A stretch of 64,000 bases of DNA from positions 96,001 to 160,000 of the forward strand of contig CAZALK010000007.1 of assembly GCA_964486045.1 (NCBI GenBank). Direction: 5' to 3'. A program made the translations under genes and the position numbers. Shown piece after piece: positions 10,002 through 20,323 of this stretch. The notes under the pieces are model-generated. The model was not told the origin of the DNA. It made no database searches and saw nothing but the letters and a program-made list of their open reading frames with translations. Every line of letters starts with the position of its first letter. Within the stretch, counting starts at the first letter, position 1. This DNA comes from an uncultured archaeon (GTDB lineage Archaea > Asgardarchaeota > Lokiarchaeia > Sigyniarchaeales > SOKP01).

Positions 10002-11861
10002 TTAAGAGTAAATGTTATTAAAATGCTTATTATGACTTTTTAATTCAGAGATTATTAATTGTTTCTCATTTTCTGAAATTGAATATATTGTAAAAATTGC
10101 ATTATCAATTTCTTTTAATAAATGCTTAGCTCCTTCATATGACTTATTATTGCTCTCTCTAAGTATAGAATTTATTTTATCTACTTTATTAGCAAGGTTA
10201 ACCTTGATTTGATCATCTACATTTACAATAGGCAGATGTCGTATCATATATTGATTTAAATTGATAGTAGTATTCTTTTGATTATTGATAGCATACATGC
10301 AGTAAAATTGGATTAAGATTGAGTTAAATATGGAACACAAAAATTTAAGTTCATTTGAATCATCGTGAAGTAATGAATAGATTGAAGAAGTAAAGCACAC
10401 ATTTTCTTCGGTATAGATTGCCTCTGGAATGATGTTATTATGTTTTATTAACAATTTTGGGGAGAGATAATATTCAAAATTTCTACCTTTTAAACTTTCA
10501 GCTTCAATCTCTTCAATATTGAAAGATTTATTTTTGTTAATGAAAAAGTAACTGAAATCATTCCGAGCGCTAACAAAAAAACAAGTAGCTTTATCATGGT
10601 CTTTCAATTTTTCTCTAACGAGTCTTAAACCTTTGTCTTCTTCACCTCTTATCAACTTTGGGAAAGTTATAGGATTTAAATAATTTAAATCCCCTTTTTT
10701 TTCAATTTTATTGATTAATTTAAAATAAATAGGATTAGGTTTGATCCTAATACGATTTAGTGTTAAAGTTTTTGAACTACAATATGGACAATATTTTTTG
10801 AATGTATAAGCATATAATTTCTTAGATTTCAAATAATGAGAACACCTAGCATTCATACAAATTTTTAGTGAATCAACATTTTGATCCTTGTAAGTGATTA
10901 TTTTGTTTTCAGGATAGTCATAAATATTTAAGTTTCTGTGATTATTATTGGACTTGTTTTCATAGAGTAGTATTTGAACCTCATTTGTAGCATTCTTAAA
11001 TAGCTTAGAGCCCATATCGATAATCTTTATCAAATTAGCTCTTGCTAAGAATGAATTTCGAAACGCGATGTATCCTTGTCTAAGTAGAAAACTTTTTGGA
11101 ACTAAGAAACCTATTATCTCATTACTCCAACTTAAGGCTTTAAAGATAAAAGTACAATATATGTCATTATAAAAGCTCTCTTCTCCCTTTAGATATTCTT
11201 TTTCAACCTTATTTAAAATATTTCCATAAGGAGGGTTCCCAATGATAATATCATATTTACCTAAATTTGAATCGATTAGAGAATTTTTTAGTTTAAAGTT
11301 TTCTCTTAATTGGGTAATGATTTCACTAAGACTAGTCGTTTCTTCACCAAAATACCATCCAAATAATTTTAAAATTGATAAATCTATTGCTTGATCGTTG
11401 ATATCATATCCATAAAGATTGCTAAGTATTTTTTTTTTGATCTCAGAGTTATCAACAGCGGGGGTCAATCTTTTGATAATCTTAAAAATAACATCAATTG
11501 AACTCAATAAAAAAATACCTGAACCGCAAGCAGGATCACAAATGGTTGTGTTCAATAGAATATTACTTATTTTTTGCTTAAGTTCAGAATTTAAACCGTA
11601 AATCTGATCAAATTTTTGAATCATTATAAAGGAATCGTATTTAAATCTTAATTTTTTATTAATCAAAAGGATTAACGTTTCACGTACAATAAACTTAGAA
11701 ATTTTTTCATCAGTATAATATACACCGTCTTTTTTTCGCTTATCATAATTAGATAAAAAATTTTCTTCAAACTTATCAATACTAGAAATAATTGACTTTA
11801 ATTGGTGGAAATTTTCAGAATTGATTCTCTGAATAAGTTCTTTGAGTATTTGATGTTTCAT
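10002..11861 (-). CDS. N6-adenine DNA methyltransferase (Eco57I/TaqI-like, gamma order)
   Basis: GVYYT, DPACGSGIFL, IIGNPPY, and a TaqI-C-like tail (FNSILIQFY...LPI). Confidence 0.9.
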   Translation of the reverse strand: MKHQILKELIQRINSENFHQLKSIISSIDKFEENFLSNYDKRKKDGVYYTDEKISKFIVRETLILLINKKLRFKYDSFIMIQKFDQIYGLNSELKQKISNILLNTTICDPACGSGIFLLSSIDVIFKIIKRLTPAVDNSEIKKKILSNLYGYDINDQAIDLSILKLFGWYFGEETTSLSEIITQLRENFKLKNSLIDSNLGKYDIIIGNPPYGNILNKVEKEYLKGEESFYNDIYCTFIFKALSWSNEIIGFLVPKSFLLRQGYIAFRNSFLARANLIKIIDMGSKLFKNATNEVQILLYENKSNNNHRNLNIYDYPENKIITYKDQNVDSLKICMNARCSHYLKSKKLYAYTFKKYCPYCSSKTLTLNRIRIKPNPIYFKLINKIEKKGDLNYLNPITFPKLIRGEEDKGLRLVREKLKDHDKATCFFVSARNDFSYFFINKNKSFNIEEIEAESLKGRNFEYYLSPKLLIKHNNIIPEAIYTEENVCFTSSIYSLLHDDSNELKFLCSIFNSILIQFYCMYAINNQKNTTINLNQYMIRHLPIVNVDDQIKVNLANKVDKINSILRESNNKSYEGAKHLLKEIDNAIFTIYSISENEKQLIISELKSHNKHFNNIYS

Positions 11862-12002
11862 CTTGAAAGGTAAATAATTTTGTTCAGAAGCATTGAAATT
11901 TTGTTATTATTCACCTAGATTTTTCAATCTAAAATATTTTGTTGTTTATCTAATTTTTTCTTTAGGTTTTTATAGTTATTTTTATTTTATATTATTGAGA
12001 TT

Positions 12003-12494
12003 ATGACTGATAAAGAAGAAGAATTAGATTATCACGGTGTTGCGCCTATTAGATCGATCATAAAGAAGATGAAAAAAGAGTACGATAAAGATTCTAAAGA
12101 TTGGAGAGTTATTGGTTCAAAAGATCGAGATGGGAACTCGGATACAATCATATCAAAAAAGGCCAATCACTTTTGGTTAAAATCAAAACAATTAAGCCCC
12201 TTTTCAGCCTTATCTATGGGTTCAGTAGTACGAAATCTTGATAGAGATATTGATGAAAAGATGGGGAAACAGATGTCTCCAGATGAGATGCTCCGTTTCT
12301 TCGGGATGGTTGTTCCACTTAAAGAAAATAAAAATATTATAGCAACTGGAATAGAAAAATATTCGCAGGAACAAGGGGATTATCTAAAAAAAATTATTAA
12401 AGAAAGAGATTCGAATTTAGATTATCAACTTCGTCATAGAATTGATAAAGAATTCATTAAAAAACATCCTCAAAGAAAAAATTTATTTATTTAA
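12003..12494 (+). CDS. Hypothetical protein
   Basis: 163-aa ORF. Confidence 0.7.
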   Translation: MTDKEEELDYHGVAPIRSIIKKMKKEYDKDSKDWRVIGSKDRDGNSDTIISKKANHFWLKSKQLSPFSALSMGSVVRNLDRDIDEKMGKQMSPDEMLRFFGMVVPLKENKNIIATGIEKYSQEQGDYLKKIIKERDSNLDYQLRHRIDKEFIKKHPQRKNLFI

Positions 12495-12529
12495 GTGTTA
12501 AAAATCTTTACCAAACTTAACCCAAAGTC

Positions 12530-12940
12530 TTAAACTTTTTCTTTTAAGATATTGAGTTGATCTTTACTTTTAATAACTGGAAGGTTTGCTGAATACTTAT
12601 CTGAATTATTAATTAACTCTGCTACAATAGCGCTCATTTTTTCAGTCCCAGATTTTCCTTCCAGGGAGTTAGTGAATTCTTTCAACAATGCAACCTTCAA
12701 ATCTTCCACATAGAACGTTACTCCCTTTTCAACCTCTTCAAGAAGAAACTGAAATGAAAGGTCAGCATTTCTTTCAGTTTTAAAAAAGGGCTCATCAGGA
12801 TCCTCAAAAGTATAGGAAACTTCAATCCAACGATCGTTATCGGTAGGGACCATCCCAAAAATGTAATCTTTTGTGTGAAGCCAAAAAGGGGTTCCTTTAT
12901 CAAAAGATGAATCTACAAGTGCTTTAAATTCCTCACTCAT
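12530..12940 (-). CDS. Hypothetical protein
   Basis: 136-aa acidic ORF. Confidence 0.7.
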   Translation of the reverse strand: MSEEFKALVDSSFDKGTPFWLHTKDYIFGMVPTDNDRWIEVSYTFEDPDEPFFKTERNADLSFQFLLEEVEKGVTFYVEDLKVALLKEFTNSLEGKSGTEKMSAIVAELINNSDKYSANLPVIKSKDQLNILKEKV

Positions 12941-13075
12941 ACCAAGTTATTCCTCTAATTTTTATTTAAACTTTTTCTTAGATAGATTAATGAAAAAGAT
13001 TTTTTTAATGTTATAATTTTAAAATTTCTTTTTTAATCTTAGCTTTTAGATTAGGTTTAATAAAAAGAATATTAA

Positions 13076-13858
13076 ATGAAAGGAAAATTGAGAAATATTA
13101 TGCGTACTTTAGATTACGACTTAACAATTTCAACAATTCAAGAATGGATAAACGATTATTGCAAATCTGCTAATGCTGATGGAATTGTTGTTGGGATAAG
13201 TGGGGGTATTGATAGCGCTGTAACTTCAACTCTCTGCACTAATGCAATAGGAAAAGATCGCGTAATAGGTTTAGGTTTACCTTGTTTATCAAATCCTAAA
13301 GATTTGACTGATTCTAAATTGTTAGCTTCCCAATTAGGGATAAAATTTTTAGTTTTTGATTTGTCATCAGTTTATGAAGAATTTATGAAAAAAACTATAA
13401 ATATTATTAAATCAAATAATCTCGCGACAGCAAACTTAAAAGCTCGATTAAGGATGGTAACCGGGTATTTTATGGCACAATCTGAGGGAAATTACTTAAT
13501 AGGAGGCACAGGAAATAGAACAGAATTAGCAATTGGATATTTTACAAAATTTGGAGATGGTGCAGTTGATTTTGAACCTATCGGTGGATTGTATAAATGC
13601 GAGGTAAGGAATATTGCAAAAAGGCTAAATATTCCAGAGGAGATTATTAATAAACCACCTTCAGCTGGATTATGGGAAGGACAAACAGATGAAGGAGAAA
13701 TTGGTATGACTTATGATATAATGGATGAAATAATCTACAGAATTGATCATCATTTAAGTTTAAACGATTTAAACAAAAGTGATATAGAAAAAGTTAAAGT
13801 ACGGATTAAAAAGTCAAAACATAAGAACAATTTACCACCAGTTTTTAAGGTAGATTAA
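13076..13858 (+). CDS. nadE: NH3-dependent NAD+ synthetase
   Basis: GISGGIDS, NLKARLRM, GYFTKFGDG, PPSAGLWEGQTDE. Confidence 0.97.
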   Translation: MKGKLRNIMRTLDYDLTISTIQEWINDYCKSANADGIVVGISGGIDSAVTSTLCTNAIGKDRVIGLGLPCLSNPKDLTDSKLLASQLGIKFLVFDLSSVYEEFMKKTINIIKSNNLATANLKARLRMVTGYFMAQSEGNYLIGGTGNRTELAIGYFTKFGDGAVDFEPIGGLYKCEVRNIAKRLNIPEEIINKPPSAGLWEGQTDEGEIGMTYDIMDEIIYRIDHHLSLNDLNKSDIEKVKVRIKKSKHKNNLPPVFKVD

Positions 13859-13912
13859 TTATTAAACTTTTCTCATTAATAAAATTATTCTTTTAACGGA
13901 ATTTGAGACTCA

Positions 13913-14051
13913 ATTGGTAAATATAAGGAAATGAAAAGACCAGGACCATTGGGTTGACATTGATATCGATTTATGTGTTGGTGCAGCTGATTGTGGGGCA
14001 TGTTTAGACGTGTGTCCCACAAATGCTATTTTAAATCATTTAGCTTGGTAA
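13913..14051 (+). pseudogene. Degenerate 4Fe-4S ferredoxin
   Basis: HWVDIDIDLCVGAADCGACLDVCPTNAI looks like two ferredoxin motifs fused by an internal deletion, and it is out of frame with the upstream GKYKEMK. Confidence 0.65.
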
Positions 14052-14164
14052 ATCAAGCTCTTAATCTTGTTTTAATTCAATAATAAAATATGAAGAAAGA
14101 ATGGGTATAAACTTTATATAAATCGAAAAGTTATCACATTTTGAAATAAAACAGCAGTATAGAT

Positions 14165-15784
14165 TTACATACTCGCGATTATTCTTCTAATTCTATTAAT
14201 TCGCGAAGTTATTTCATCTTGATTATTCTTAAAATCTTCACTATGGTTTTTATATTCAACCTCAGAAATCGATCCCCCATTAAAGTTTCTTTCTAGCTCT
14301 TTAAAGCTTTTTTCCAGTGAATATCTTCTCCCTTCAAGGGCAATTAGTTCCTGATATAAAGAATCTTTATCTTTAGGTAGCTCGTTAGTGCTAATTGATG
14401 TATTTTCTTCGGCAGTACTAGTTTGCGGTTCGGTAGAATCAAATCCAACAAAAGGCATTGTTTCAATATCTTTCTTTTTCTTTTTTCCCTCTTTTTTCTT
14501 CTTTTCTTTCGCAGGTTTTAAGCTTGGAAATTCCGATTGAGGTGCTATTTTCTCAGCTCGTTTGCTCCCAACTGAAGAAAATACATCGAAAAGTTGGGTA
14601 CCACTTGATTTAATGGGTTCAGACTCAATTTCTTCAACACTTACAGAAGAGATTTTGGGTGTTTGTGCCAGGAATGGTGCTGGTTCCTTTTGATCTATTG
14701 TATCTTGAATAAGAAATGGTGCCGGGGTTTTTTTTTCTGCTGGTTCTTCTTCGATGAGTGTTATTTCAGTAGAAATTAAAGGTTTTTTTTTTGGTACGGG
14801 AGTTTTGGGTTCTATGATTTTTGGTTCTTCTTCTTTATATTCAGATTCTTGTTCATCTAATATATCTAGAATTGATGTCGATTCTTTTGGTAAATTTTCA
14901 TCTATTTTAGGTTCAGGTCTAATTGGAACTGGTTTTAGTTCTTCGAGAAGATTCAAAATTGTTTCTTCTTCTTTTAATTCTACTGTATCTTTCGGTATAA
15001 CGTCGAGAGACGAAGGAGGAGGTTGAAATCTAGGGTGTGTTTGAGGTGGTTTGGGTGGCGGAGGGAGAGTTATTGTTGAAATGGGTTTTAATTTTTCAAT
15101 TTCTTTTTCTATCTTGACTTGAACATCTTCAATCGACTTAACTCCTATTTTTTCTTTTGGTTTTTCCACGCCTGTTTTAATTTCCCCAAGAATGTGAGGT
15201 GGTTTTTTAGGTCTTTTAATGATGGGAATTTTAATCTTTGGAGGAGGTAGTTTTGAATTTTTCTTGGGTTTAATTTTTATAACTTTTTTTTGAGTAACCC
15301 TTTTAGATGTCTCATCTTTCTCGTCAATCTCGTGTTGTAAGAAGTCTATTTTTTGTTTAAGATCATCGATCTCACCCTTAAACTTATCTGAGACTTGGTT
15401 TACTATCTCTTTAATATCAATTTGGGTTGGACTTGATTCAACTTCCACTTCTTTTTTTGATATTAGTTCAGATTCATCTTTAACTTCAACATCAGGTAGT
15501 TTATCGGTTAAATTGATTATTTTTTTAATATAATCTGGTACTTCAGATTCTGTAAACCATAATTCAAGTGTATCCCAATTTTCTAAATTAGTAAGAACAT
15601 CTTCAAATAAGCGCATATTTGCTCCTACGTCATAGAAATTTACCTTTATTAAATTTTGGATTAACTGGATGAGACTCAAACGCGCTTCGATTTCATCCTC
15701 TGGAGTTGGTTCTCCTTGAATTAAGAATAAATGAATATCTTTAATTTCTTGAATTATAGTTTTAAATTTTTCTTCTTCGCTCAT
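14165..15784 (-). CDS. Pro/Glu/Lys-rich protein with coiled coil and C-terminal helical hairpin
   Basis: Helical N-terminal domain, coiled coil, long low-complexity Pro-rich middle, C-terminal G-S-I-S-E-x-E-Y hairpin. Confidence 0.8.
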   Translation of the reverse strand: MSEEEKFKTIIQEIKDIHLFLIQGEPTPEDEIEARLSLIQLIQNLIKVNFYDVGANMRLFEDVLTNLENWDTLELWFTESEVPDYIKKIINLTDKLPDVEVKDESELISKKEVEVESSPTQIDIKEIVNQVSDKFKGEIDDLKQKIDFLQHEIDEKDETSKRVTQKKVIKIKPKKNSKLPPPKIKIPIIKRPKKPPHILGEIKTGVEKPKEKIGVKSIEDVQVKIEKEIEKLKPISTITLPPPPKPPQTHPRFQPPPSSLDVIPKDTVELKEEETILNLLEELKPVPIRPEPKIDENLPKESTSILDILDEQESEYKEEEPKIIEPKTPVPKKKPLISTEITLIEEEPAEKKTPAPFLIQDTIDQKEPAPFLAQTPKISSVSVEEIESEPIKSSGTQLFDVFSSVGSKRAEKIAPQSEFPSLKPAKEKKKKEGKKKKKDIETMPFVGFDSTEPQTSTAEENTSISTNELPKDKDSLYQELIALEGRRYSLEKSFKELERNFNGGSISEVEYKNHSEDFKNNQDEITSRINRIRRIIASM

Positions 15785-15996
15785 GAAGGATTACTTGATT
15801 TATTTTTATTACCTTTCAGCTAAATATTTCTTTTTAAGTAATTAAAAACTTTTCGCCAATATATTTTTATGTGAAGTTTAAATTGATTATAGATTATGAA
15901 ACTTTTGGTACAAATACTTGAGTACTAAATGTTTCATCTGACTTATTCAATTGAAGAAATTAAAATTAATATCCAAAAGGTTTGGTAAATATGAAA

Positions 15997-17340
15997 TTAA
16001 TACCCCATTTTATGTTCTACCTCAGAAAAGACTGTATCAAGAATATGGTAAGCTTTTTCAGTTTGGTCGTACGTCACCTCAAGTGGTGGTTGGATTCTTA
16101 TAACATTCCCGTCAATTCCACCCTTTCCTATAAGCAATCCATTTTTTTTGCAAATTTCCATAACTTGTAGCATTTCTTGAGTAGCAGGTTCCTTTGTATT
16201 TTGATCACGGACGAGTTCTATCCCTAACATCATTCCTTGTCCGCGTACATCACCAACTAGTTTATGATCCGCTTTAAGATTTAGAAGTTGATTCTTAATT
16301 GATGTACCAAGTTTTGTAGCTTTACTTAGATACTGTTCTTCTTGGATAATTTCAATTACAGCTATTGCCGCTGCACATGAAAGGGGATTACCACCAAAAG
16401 TTGTAAAACTATCTGTTGTAGTATACTCTGCAGCATATTCTGGGTGCGTTAGAATCCCACCTATTGGAATACCGCTACCAAAACCTTTTGCTATAGTAAT
16501 GACATCTGGTGTTACGTTTGATTGTTGAATGCCCCACCAACGATCCCCAGTACGTCCAAATCCTGTTTGGACCTCATCAGCAATGAAAAGACCGTCAAAT
16601 TCTTTTACGATTTCATAAGTGATTTGGAAAAATTCGGGAGGAGGTTGAACAATGCCGCCAACTCCTTGGATCGGCTCAACAATGAAGGCAGCAATGGCGT
16701 TATTAGTCTGAGTTCGGATTACTTCACGAAGATAGCGAGCACACTCAAAATCACAATCAGGATATTCCTTCCCAAACGAACACCGATAACAGTACCCATA
16801 AGGGGTAAAGCGAACACCGGGAGGGTGAGATTCAGGTACCGTACGCCACCCTGCGCTAGAAATCTCACGAGTTAATTGAGTACGTCCATGATAAGCATGA
16901 GTGCATGCTACGATATAAGGATTTTTTCTATATTTTCGAGCCATAAACAACGCAGATTCATTCGCTTCCGACCCACTATTTACAATAAAAGACTGCGATA
17001 AACCTGTAGGCGCAATTTGAGCTAATTTTTGGGAAAGTATAGCGTATGGGATAGTTGAATACAACGTACTAGAATAAATTAGGTGTTCTGCTTGCCATTT
17101 GAGGGTTGCAATGAATTTTGGATGGTTGTATCCAGTAATTTTTGTGCAAATGCCGGAGAAGAGATCGATATATTGCTTACCCAAATCATCTTCTACTATC
17201 GCACCTTTACCCCCCACAATTAGGATTGGATCCTCAAAATAATGAGTGACTGCAGGGATCATGTGTTTTTCTTCAATTGCAAGGATCTCCTTACTTGTAT
17301 AAGTTTTACGAAGGTCCTTGGGTACAAGTGATTCATCCAT
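15997..17340 (-). CDS. Class-III PLP aminotransferase (AGXT2/beta-alanine/GABA-like)
   Basis: NSGSEANE, AYHG, EPIQGVGG, DEVQTGFGRTG, IAKG. Confidence 0.93.
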   Translation of the reverse strand: MDESLVPKDLRKTYTSKEILAIEEKHMIPAVTHYFEDPILIVGGKGAIVEDDLGKQYIDLFSGICTKITGYNHPKFIATLKWQAEHLIYSSTLYSTIPYAILSQKLAQIAPTGLSQSFIVNSGSEANESALFMARKYRKNPYIVACTHAYHGRTQLTREISSAGWRTVPESHPPGVRFTPYGYCYRCSFGKEYPDCDFECARYLREVIRTQTNNAIAAFIVEPIQGVGGIVQPPPEFFQITYEIVKEFDGLFIADEVQTGFGRTGDRWWGIQQSNVTPDVITIAKGFGSGIPIGGILTHPEYAAEYTTTDSFTTFGGNPLSCAAAIAVIEIIQEEQYLSKATKLGTSIKNQLLNLKADHKLVGDVRGQGMMLGIELVRDQNTKEPATQEMLQVMEICKKNGLLIGKGGIDGNVIRIQPPLEVTYDQTEKAYHILDTVFSEVEHKMGY

Positions 17341-17496
17341 TTATTTCACTTTAGGTTTATTAATTGTTAATTTAGTTATCTAATGATGTTTATTATTGAA
17401 AACAAATTTGAAAAAGCATATAAATATTTAATTGTTTTCCAATTTTATTTTCTACATTAACTATTTTACTTAAAGAAAAAAAATTTTGATTAGTAC

Positions 17497-18975
17497 ATGA
17501 ATATCTTAAAAAATTACATAAATGGAAAGTTTGTAGAATCAGAAAGTAGTCGATTCAACGAATTTATGAATCCTGCCTTAGATGAACCCCTTGGTAAAGT
17601 CCCCATATCAACAGAAGAGGAAGTAAATAAAGCTGTTGAAGATGCTAAAGCTGCATTTCTAAAATGGAGAAAAGTACCGGGAATTCAAAGAACTCAACCC
17701 CTATTAAGATTGGTGAGTTTAATTAAAGAAAATGTTGATTCTATCGCTGAATCTATCGTAATAAATCATGGGAAAGAATGGAAGGCTGCAGCAGGAGAAG
17801 TAGTCCGAACTTACCAAATGATTGAAACCTCACTTGCGGTACCTGAGTATCAAAAAGGTCAGTATATGTCTAATATTGCATTGGGTATTGATGAATATTC
17901 TATTCTTGAACCTTTAGGAGTCTTTATCATGATTCCTCCTTTCAATTTTCCAGCGATGGTTCCATTTTGGTTTTGGCCATTTGCTGTTGCTGCTGGGAAT
18001 ACATATATAATAAAATCAAATGAGCAAACCCCTCTGGCTTTACAAAATATTTTTGAATATATCGATAAGGCAGGCTTTCCACCAGGTGTTATCAATTATA
18101 TCCATGGTGATGTAGAAGTTGCGAATTTTTTAATTGAACATCCTAATGTTGTAGGTATATCGAGTGTAGGATCAACTCCAGTAGCTCAAGCTATTTACAA
18201 AAAAGCAAGTAGTTTATGTAAACGAGCTCAATGCCATGGAGGAGCAAATAATTTTCTGGTTATTACTGAGAATGCCAATATTGAGAAAATAATGCCTAAT
18301 TTAATGAATGGTCTCTTTGGTAACTCAGGGCAAAGATGCTTATCTGGGGCTGTAATTATGATTGTTGGAAAAAAAAGTTTTTATGATAATATCAAGAAAC
18401 AACTCATAAAAGCGACAAATTCACTTAAAGTCGGATATAGTATGAATAGAGATACGTTTATGGGACCAGTTGTCTCTAAAATATCGCTGAATAAACTACA
18501 TGGTCAAATTCAGAATGGAATTGATGAAGGAGCATCATTAATATTAGACGGGAGGGGAATTAAAGTACAAGGATATGAGAAAGGATATTTTCTAGGACCA
18601 TGCTTATTTGAAAATGCCAAACCTGGGATGACAATATATGATGAAGAGGTTTTTGGCCCTGTTGCATGCCTTGATCGGGTGGACACTTTAGAAGAAGCGG
18701 TGAAAATTATTAACCTAAATCCAAAAGGAAATGCAGTGACAATCTATACCGAAAGTGGGGAAGAAGCACGCTTTTTCCGGAGTGAAATTTTCAATATACA
18801 AATCGGTATAAATATCGGCGTTGTAGCACCTCTTGCGTGGTTCCCATTTGCTGGAGCGAAAGATTCCTTCTTCGGTACACTTCGAGCTCAGGGACGTGAA
18901 GCAATAAAATTTTTTACTCAAGAACGTGTAATAATTGAACGATTCCATGGGAGTACAAAAATCGAATGGGATTAG
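17497..18975 (+). CDS. mmsA: CoA-acylating (methyl)malonate-semialdehyde dehydrogenase
   Basis: PFNFPAMVP-W, SVGSTPVA, GQRC, EEVFGPV, GINIGV-APL-WFPFAG-KDSFFG. Confidence 0.9.
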   Translation: MNILKNYINGKFVESESSRFNEFMNPALDEPLGKVPISTEEEVNKAVEDAKAAFLKWRKVPGIQRTQPLLRLVSLIKENVDSIAESIVINHGKEWKAAAGEVVRTYQMIETSLAVPEYQKGQYMSNIALGIDEYSILEPLGVFIMIPPFNFPAMVPFWFWPFAVAAGNTYIIKSNEQTPLALQNIFEYIDKAGFPPGVINYIHGDVEVANFLIEHPNVVGISSVGSTPVAQAIYKKASSLCKRAQCHGGANNFLVITENANIEKIMPNLMNGLFGNSGQRCLSGAVIMIVGKKSFYDNIKKQLIKATNSLKVGYSMNRDTFMGPVVSKISLNKLHGQIQNGIDEGASLILDGRGIKVQGYEKGYFLGPCLFENAKPGMTIYDEEVFGPVACLDRVDTLEEAVKIINLNPKGNAVTIYTESGEEARFFRSEIFNIQIGINIGVVAPLAWFPFAGAKDSFFGTLRAQGREAIKFFTQERVIIERFHGSTKIEWD

Positions 18976-19005
18976 TTGGAAAAAATTAAAAAAACCTATG
19001 GTTAG

Positions 19006-20310
19006 ATGATAAAAATGGGAAAAAAAGAAGAAACCAAATTTGAAACTGCCTTCACGATGGCTACATCTAGTATCAAGTATGGTCCAGGTGTAACACGTGA
19101 AGTAGGGTATGATATGAAAAAGCTTGGAGCAACTCGCGTGATGGTGGTCACAGATCCAAACTTAACCAATAGCGAACCAGTGTCAGTTACACTTGAAGCC
19201 CTCCAACAGGAAAATTTAGAAGTAATTTTATATGATCGAGCTCGGGTTGAACCCACCGATAATTCTTTCAAAGATGCAATCAAATTTGCTACTAAGGGTA
19301 ACTTTGATGGATTCCTCGGAGTTGGTGGAGGCTCTAGCATAGATACCGCTAAGGTAGCTAACTTGTATTCATCTTATCCTAAGGATTTTTTAGCTTATGT
19401 TAATGCCCCAATTGGCCAAGGACTTCCTGTACCTGGCCCTTTGAAACCTATGATAGCAATTCCAACAACAGCAGGGACGGGAAGTGAAACGACTGGAGTT
19501 GCAATTTTCGACTTGGTAAAAATGCATGCAAAAACGGGTATTGCACATCGTGCATTAAGACCGTTTATGGGAATTATAGATCCGAACAATACTCGAACAG
19601 TGCCAAAAATGGCTGCTGCTTCATGTGGATTTGACGTTCTTTGTCACGCGTTGGAATCTATTACTGCACTCCCATATAATAAGCGACTTGCCCCTGAAAG
19701 CTTAGAATTACGTCCAGCTTACCAAGGAGCAAACCCAATAAGCCATCTTTGGGCATCTAAGGCAATTGAAATGGTTTCAAAAAACCTTGTACAAGTCGTC
19801 AAAGATCCCTCCAATGATGCTGCACGATCAGAGATGATCCTTGCTTCCACATTCGCAGGTATTGGCTTCGGTAATAGCGGCGTGCATCTTGCGCACGGAA
19901 TTTCGTATCCGGTTTCGGGAATGGTACGGGAATATATCCCTGAAGGTATTAAATCGGAGCACCCAATCATCCCCCACGGAATGGGTGTAGTCACCGTATC
20001 CCCAGCTGTGTTTCGTTTCACAGCAGAAACCAATCCAGAGCTACACTTATATACCGCGAAACTAATGGGTGCTGATATCTCTGGTGCGAAAGAAAAGGAT
20101 GCGGGAGAAATACTTGCAACTGAACTGATTAAACTGATGAAAGCCACGGGCATGCCTAATGGTCTAGAAGCGCTTGGCTTTGGACTAAACGATGTGGAGG
20201 ATTTAGTACAAGGAACCCTACCCCAGCATCGAGTCACTAAGCTTTCACCCCGTCCGGCCAGCGCTGAGGATCTCCGGAAACTTATCACCGAATCGATGAC
20301 TCTATGGTAA
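19006..20310 (+). CDS. Hydroxyacid-oxoacid transhydrogenase (ADHFE1/HOT-like Fe-ADH)
   Basis: GGGSSIDTAK, YVNAPIG-G-PVP, PTTAGTGSETTGVAIFD, RPAYQG-NPIS, GVHL-HG-SYPV. Confidence 0.92.
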   Translation: MIKMGKKEETKFETAFTMATSSIKYGPGVTREVGYDMKKLGATRVMVVTDPNLTNSEPVSVTLEALQQENLEVILYDRARVEPTDNSFKDAIKFATKGNFDGFLGVGGGSSIDTAKVANLYSSYPKDFLAYVNAPIGQGLPVPGPLKPMIAIPTTAGTGSETTGVAIFDLVKMHAKTGIAHRALRPFMGIIDPNNTRTVPKMAAASCGFDVLCHALESITALPYNKRLAPESLELRPAYQGANPISHLWASKAIEMVSKNLVQVVKDPSNDAARSEMILASTFAGIGFGNSGVHLAHGISYPVSGMVREYIPEGIKSEHPIIPHGMGVVTVSPAVFRFTAETNPELHLYTAKLMGADISGAKEKDAGEILATELIKLMKATGMPNGLEALGFGLNDVEDLVQGTLPQHRVTKLSPRPASAEDLRKLITESMTLW

Positions 20311-20323
20311 TAGAAGATATTTC

